Assembly: GCA_964019425.1 (NCBI GenBank)
Contig: OZ025783.1
Location: 868,001-932,000 of the forward strand
Direction: 5' to 3'
Length of the DNA stretch: 64,000 bases
DNA from: Flectonema sp. DT1601
Lineage: Eukaryota
Position 1 is the first letter of the stretch; each line of letters opens with the position of its first letter. The notes beneath the pieces are model-generated. The model was given only the letters and a program-made list of their open reading frames with translations. It did no database searches and was not told the DNA's origin. Positions 60,457 to 64,000 of the stretch are shown piece by piece. A program made the position numbers and the translations under genes.

Positions 60457-63400
60457 AAAAAATGCACCTAAAAGTGTTTAACCAATGAATAAGAATGTGG
60501 AAAGCAAGGCAGTAGAGAGGAAAAGGTGAATCGACGCGTTGTCTCAAAGGAAGGATGATAATATTTATAAAGCCTCTGTATTCATCAGACCCAATTTGAG
60601 CAGAAATGAGATAATCTCATTTTATCATATTAGAATCTTAACAGAAGTGGACCCTCATGAGGGGCATGAGGGGTAACAACATCAGCAGTCACCGAACCAT
60701 TAATTATCGAAGGGCGGGACCCACAAGGGAGTGTATTTGATTATTAGAAATCTTTAATGTTTTTTAATTAACTAAACACAATAGACTTGCGGCTATCAAC
60801 CATTAAAAAAAATTAGGGTTGTTTTTATTTTATTTTTTTTTAAATAAGAAAAAGAAAATTGTATAAAATAATTATCTGAAATTTTTTTTGAGGCTTAAAT
60901 TGACAAAACAACACTCATCAACCGAACCTACGATATTGATGACGGGACTTGAGGAGGAGTGAAAAATTAATTAAACCCGTACCACAGGACAAGTTTAATT
61001 AGGAAGAACGAGAAAGGAAGTGCACCTCCTGCAACATAAATCAATAATCTGAAATTGTAGAAGGGAACAATGTGATTCTAGACTGTCAATGTATGAGCTG
61101 CCGGAGTGGGTGCATAAATAGGAGATGAGATGAGGAACTCCGCCGTTCGTTGTATTGTATTGCGGGATTTGTTTCGAATAACGCTGTTTTTTTTTTTTTT
61201 GAATGAAAAAAAAGCAAAAGAGAACCAGGGGAGGAATAAACCATAACAGCGGGTACTACGACTACAAACAAAACGGGTTGCGCACAACAGACTGGGCACA
61301 ACATATTGAATTGCTTGCTTTGGGTATACGATCTTTGAATTTGTAACACGCGATCAACGACAAATAACGACACGAAAATCTATTTGAATAAAACAACCAG
61401 CCCATGGACGTGGTCTCTTACACGAACTGGCTACCAATGCGATATGCGCAAATGTTTACTAGCACTCACGATGTACTTTTATTTTGAATTGCTTGCATGC
61501 CAGACTGGGTACTCACTACGATGAGTAAAGTTTCTAAGATAATATATTTTGATTGAACCAGTCTCAACAAGAAAAAGGAAATATATTTTGAAACAGATAG
61601 ATATCTGATATGCACATACGGCATACAATTTTTATGTTTGTTATGGTACTTGGTTTGTTACACTTGGGTGTTGGGAGAATGTATAGATCGTGTAGGGAAT
61701 AAGAACACATCACTACAATATATTCCTCTACTTCAATAAATAGATTGTTTAAGGAAGTGTTAAGTTGTTGCTCTACAAAAAGGAAAATCATCCGATAGGA
61801 TAGGATTTGCATAGCACAGCTTGGAAAGGTCCAGTAGCTATTGCTAGATAATTGAAGCAGCAAACAACGCTTTATTGCTTTTTAGCAGCGTTTTGGTTTT
61901 TTTCTGTTGTTTGGGAAGGGAAAGGGAATAAAAAAATAAATAAATAAATAAAAAACACCAACAAATAAAGAATTTATATTTATTTATTTATTTAAATAGC
62001 AAAACTTGTTGTTTATATGAAAAAAAGGAATTTTTTTCCTCTGCCGTGGGTTGGTATACATTGTTGCCTTTCCACTCTCAAAAGAAAAAAAAAAAAAAAA
62101 GGTAGAGAGATGACACAAATTGTTAGTTAGTTAAATTGCACATCTCCTTAGTAGTAAGGGTAGAAAAACATCAATCAGACCGTGTCTCTCTGAACTCCTG
62201 TCGAAGGGACTCAGCTCACAGTCGATTGTCCCAATTGCGTAGTCAGCAACAGCCATGCCCGGATCTCAGCCCTGATGTTGAGCGAGTTAATGACAATTCT
62301 GTTGAGATTGTAGAATTGAATTTTTTTTCATTTCTTTCTGTTTTTTTCTTAGAAAAAGATTCTCAGTGCTCCCTTTCCAAGACAGAGGTGGTTAGAAAAT
62401 AATTTCCCCCCTGCTTGGACACACCATCACACGTACCTGACGGGTGACTTTGCACATCGGTGAATTGCTAGAAGGTTATCAAAGCACGAGGTAACTCATT
62501 TATTTATATTTTCTGATTAGTAACATTTCCATAGCAAGCCCTTCTTGCTGTAAACAGGAGATTTTCTCCAGGGAAAGAAAAAAAAAAAAAAAAAAAAAAG
62601 GCAAACAAATAAATTGCAATAGAGCATAGTAAAAAAAAGACAAAAATAAATAACAACTTTTGTAATTGCTTGTTCTGACTAGGCAACCGTGTCGGTAACA
62701 ACCTGATTACATGCACCACGAAAACAGACCAAAGATAGTTTGAAAATTACACAAATAATGGTTGCATTATAGTCGTTTCGTATAAAATAAATAACTAGAT
62801 AGGTTGAGGGTGTATTTCAAACTCACTGTCTAAGTGGTCCAAATCGAACCATTCTGTAAAAATAACTTGAGGAATTCACTGGAGCCCATTTAAATCCTAT
62901 TGGTTTACGCCTCCAACGTGATATATAGCACCAACGCTTTCGTGAGCAGAAGGTTGCTAAGTTAAACTAGCACTACAACAGACTTTCAGGATAGGTTAAA
63001 AGACCCTTCATAATATTCCTCAAGTTATTAAAATCAAATGTTTATTGGTCCGATCACGCAACAATTGCAAGACTACGGTAAAATGCCGCCATCGTCAGAA
63101 TGTGGGGGAGATAATGAAAAAAAAAAAAGACAATTTAAATGTGTGGAACCAATTCAGCAAGGTTTTAGAGCATAATTATAGTCGGTACTATAAAACTAAT
63201 AAAAAACAAATTATGTATTGTTTAATTGCTCAACTATCAAACAGAAAGGGTCAAGACTGTGAGTTTCGACCATTTCTGTCTGTGCGAACTATAAATTGCA
63301 CTGTCCAGTTCCAATTAAGAATAAAAAATAAATCGAATCGATAAACGAATCAGCATCCCAAAGAAATGATAGGGAAAACTAACGCCAGTCAGGAAATACC

Positions 63401-64000
63401 TGAAGAGTTGCTGGGGGTAGCTAAAGAGAGAACGAATTAATGGAAAAAAAACTTGAGTTCAACTAGACTCAACTGAGACAAGCAACTGATATCATATTAT
63501 TATTTTCCTCCCACATATTTATTTGTGATAGCAAAACACATCAATCAGAACAAAAAAAAAAAAAAAAAAAGAAGGAAATTTTTAAGGAAAGATACAAACC
63601 AGAGATTTGCATGTTTTTTTTCCTTCTTTTTCCCCTCTTCCTTTTTTTTTTTTTTTTTTTTTTTAATTTCTTGATACTCTGGATTGATGTTCGCTTAACA
63701 ACTGTCTAAAAGGAGAGCAAGAAATATAACCATGTCCTACAAGATAAAAAATGTTAAAAATGTTGGTTACCAGTGTGACTGAGTTGATTGAGTAACCTGA
63801 AGTAGTATTCCTTCTAATGAAAGGAGCTGGTACAAATATAAAGAAGGATATAGCGCATATATTTTGGCAATATGCTTAATTGCATGACGAGAACCAAAGA
63901 AACTCCATGGAAACATCCCACCTGAATGCAATCGCATGTGACTGCTTGTCCACTTTTCTTTGTTTTATTTTCTTCTCTAGATTGTATTTGTTAAGAAGTA

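Noticed and set aside
60460..64000. Genes in the final 3.5 kb
   Set aside because: Only short low-complexity ORFs and small palindromes (e.g. aaatgagat-a-atctcattt near 60604); nothing supportable.

Overview
Eukaryotic, AT-rich genomic DNA. A euglenozoan, most likely a diplonemid, is inferred from long single-strand gene clusters combined with many short cis-introns, kinetoplastid-type retroelements and a poly(T)+AG trans-splice-like acceptor. All genes from 1 to 9.9 kb are on the + strand: L-2-hydroxyglutarate dehydrogenase, a thioredoxin-fold membrane protein, a CaaX protein, a TLC protein, a helical-repeat protein, an ShKT membrane protein and a Cys/His finger protein. All genes from 31.1 to 59.6 kb are on the - strand: a CDF/ZnT zinc transporter, a 10-exon Ufd2-core + UBC + UIM fusion, TFB5, an AAA_28/CYTH protein, a NIF phosphatase, a PPR protein, a coiled-coil protein, INTS9-like, NCS/frequenin-like and a ~2400-aa mosaic surface protein. 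The convergent strand-switch region between them (~10-31 kb) holds decayed elements: an ingi/L1Tc-like LINE with a 2A peptide and APE domain, and a TATE/VIPER-like tyrosine-recombinase retroelement. That element was triplicated (4016-bp period) together with the 3' part of the zinc-transporter gene, through a complex template-switch junction. The most novel-looking item is the Ufd2/E4 scaffold whose U-box is replaced by a BIRC6/UBE2Z-type E2 domain plus a UIM. All family calls come from motif recognition by eye; no database searches were run.
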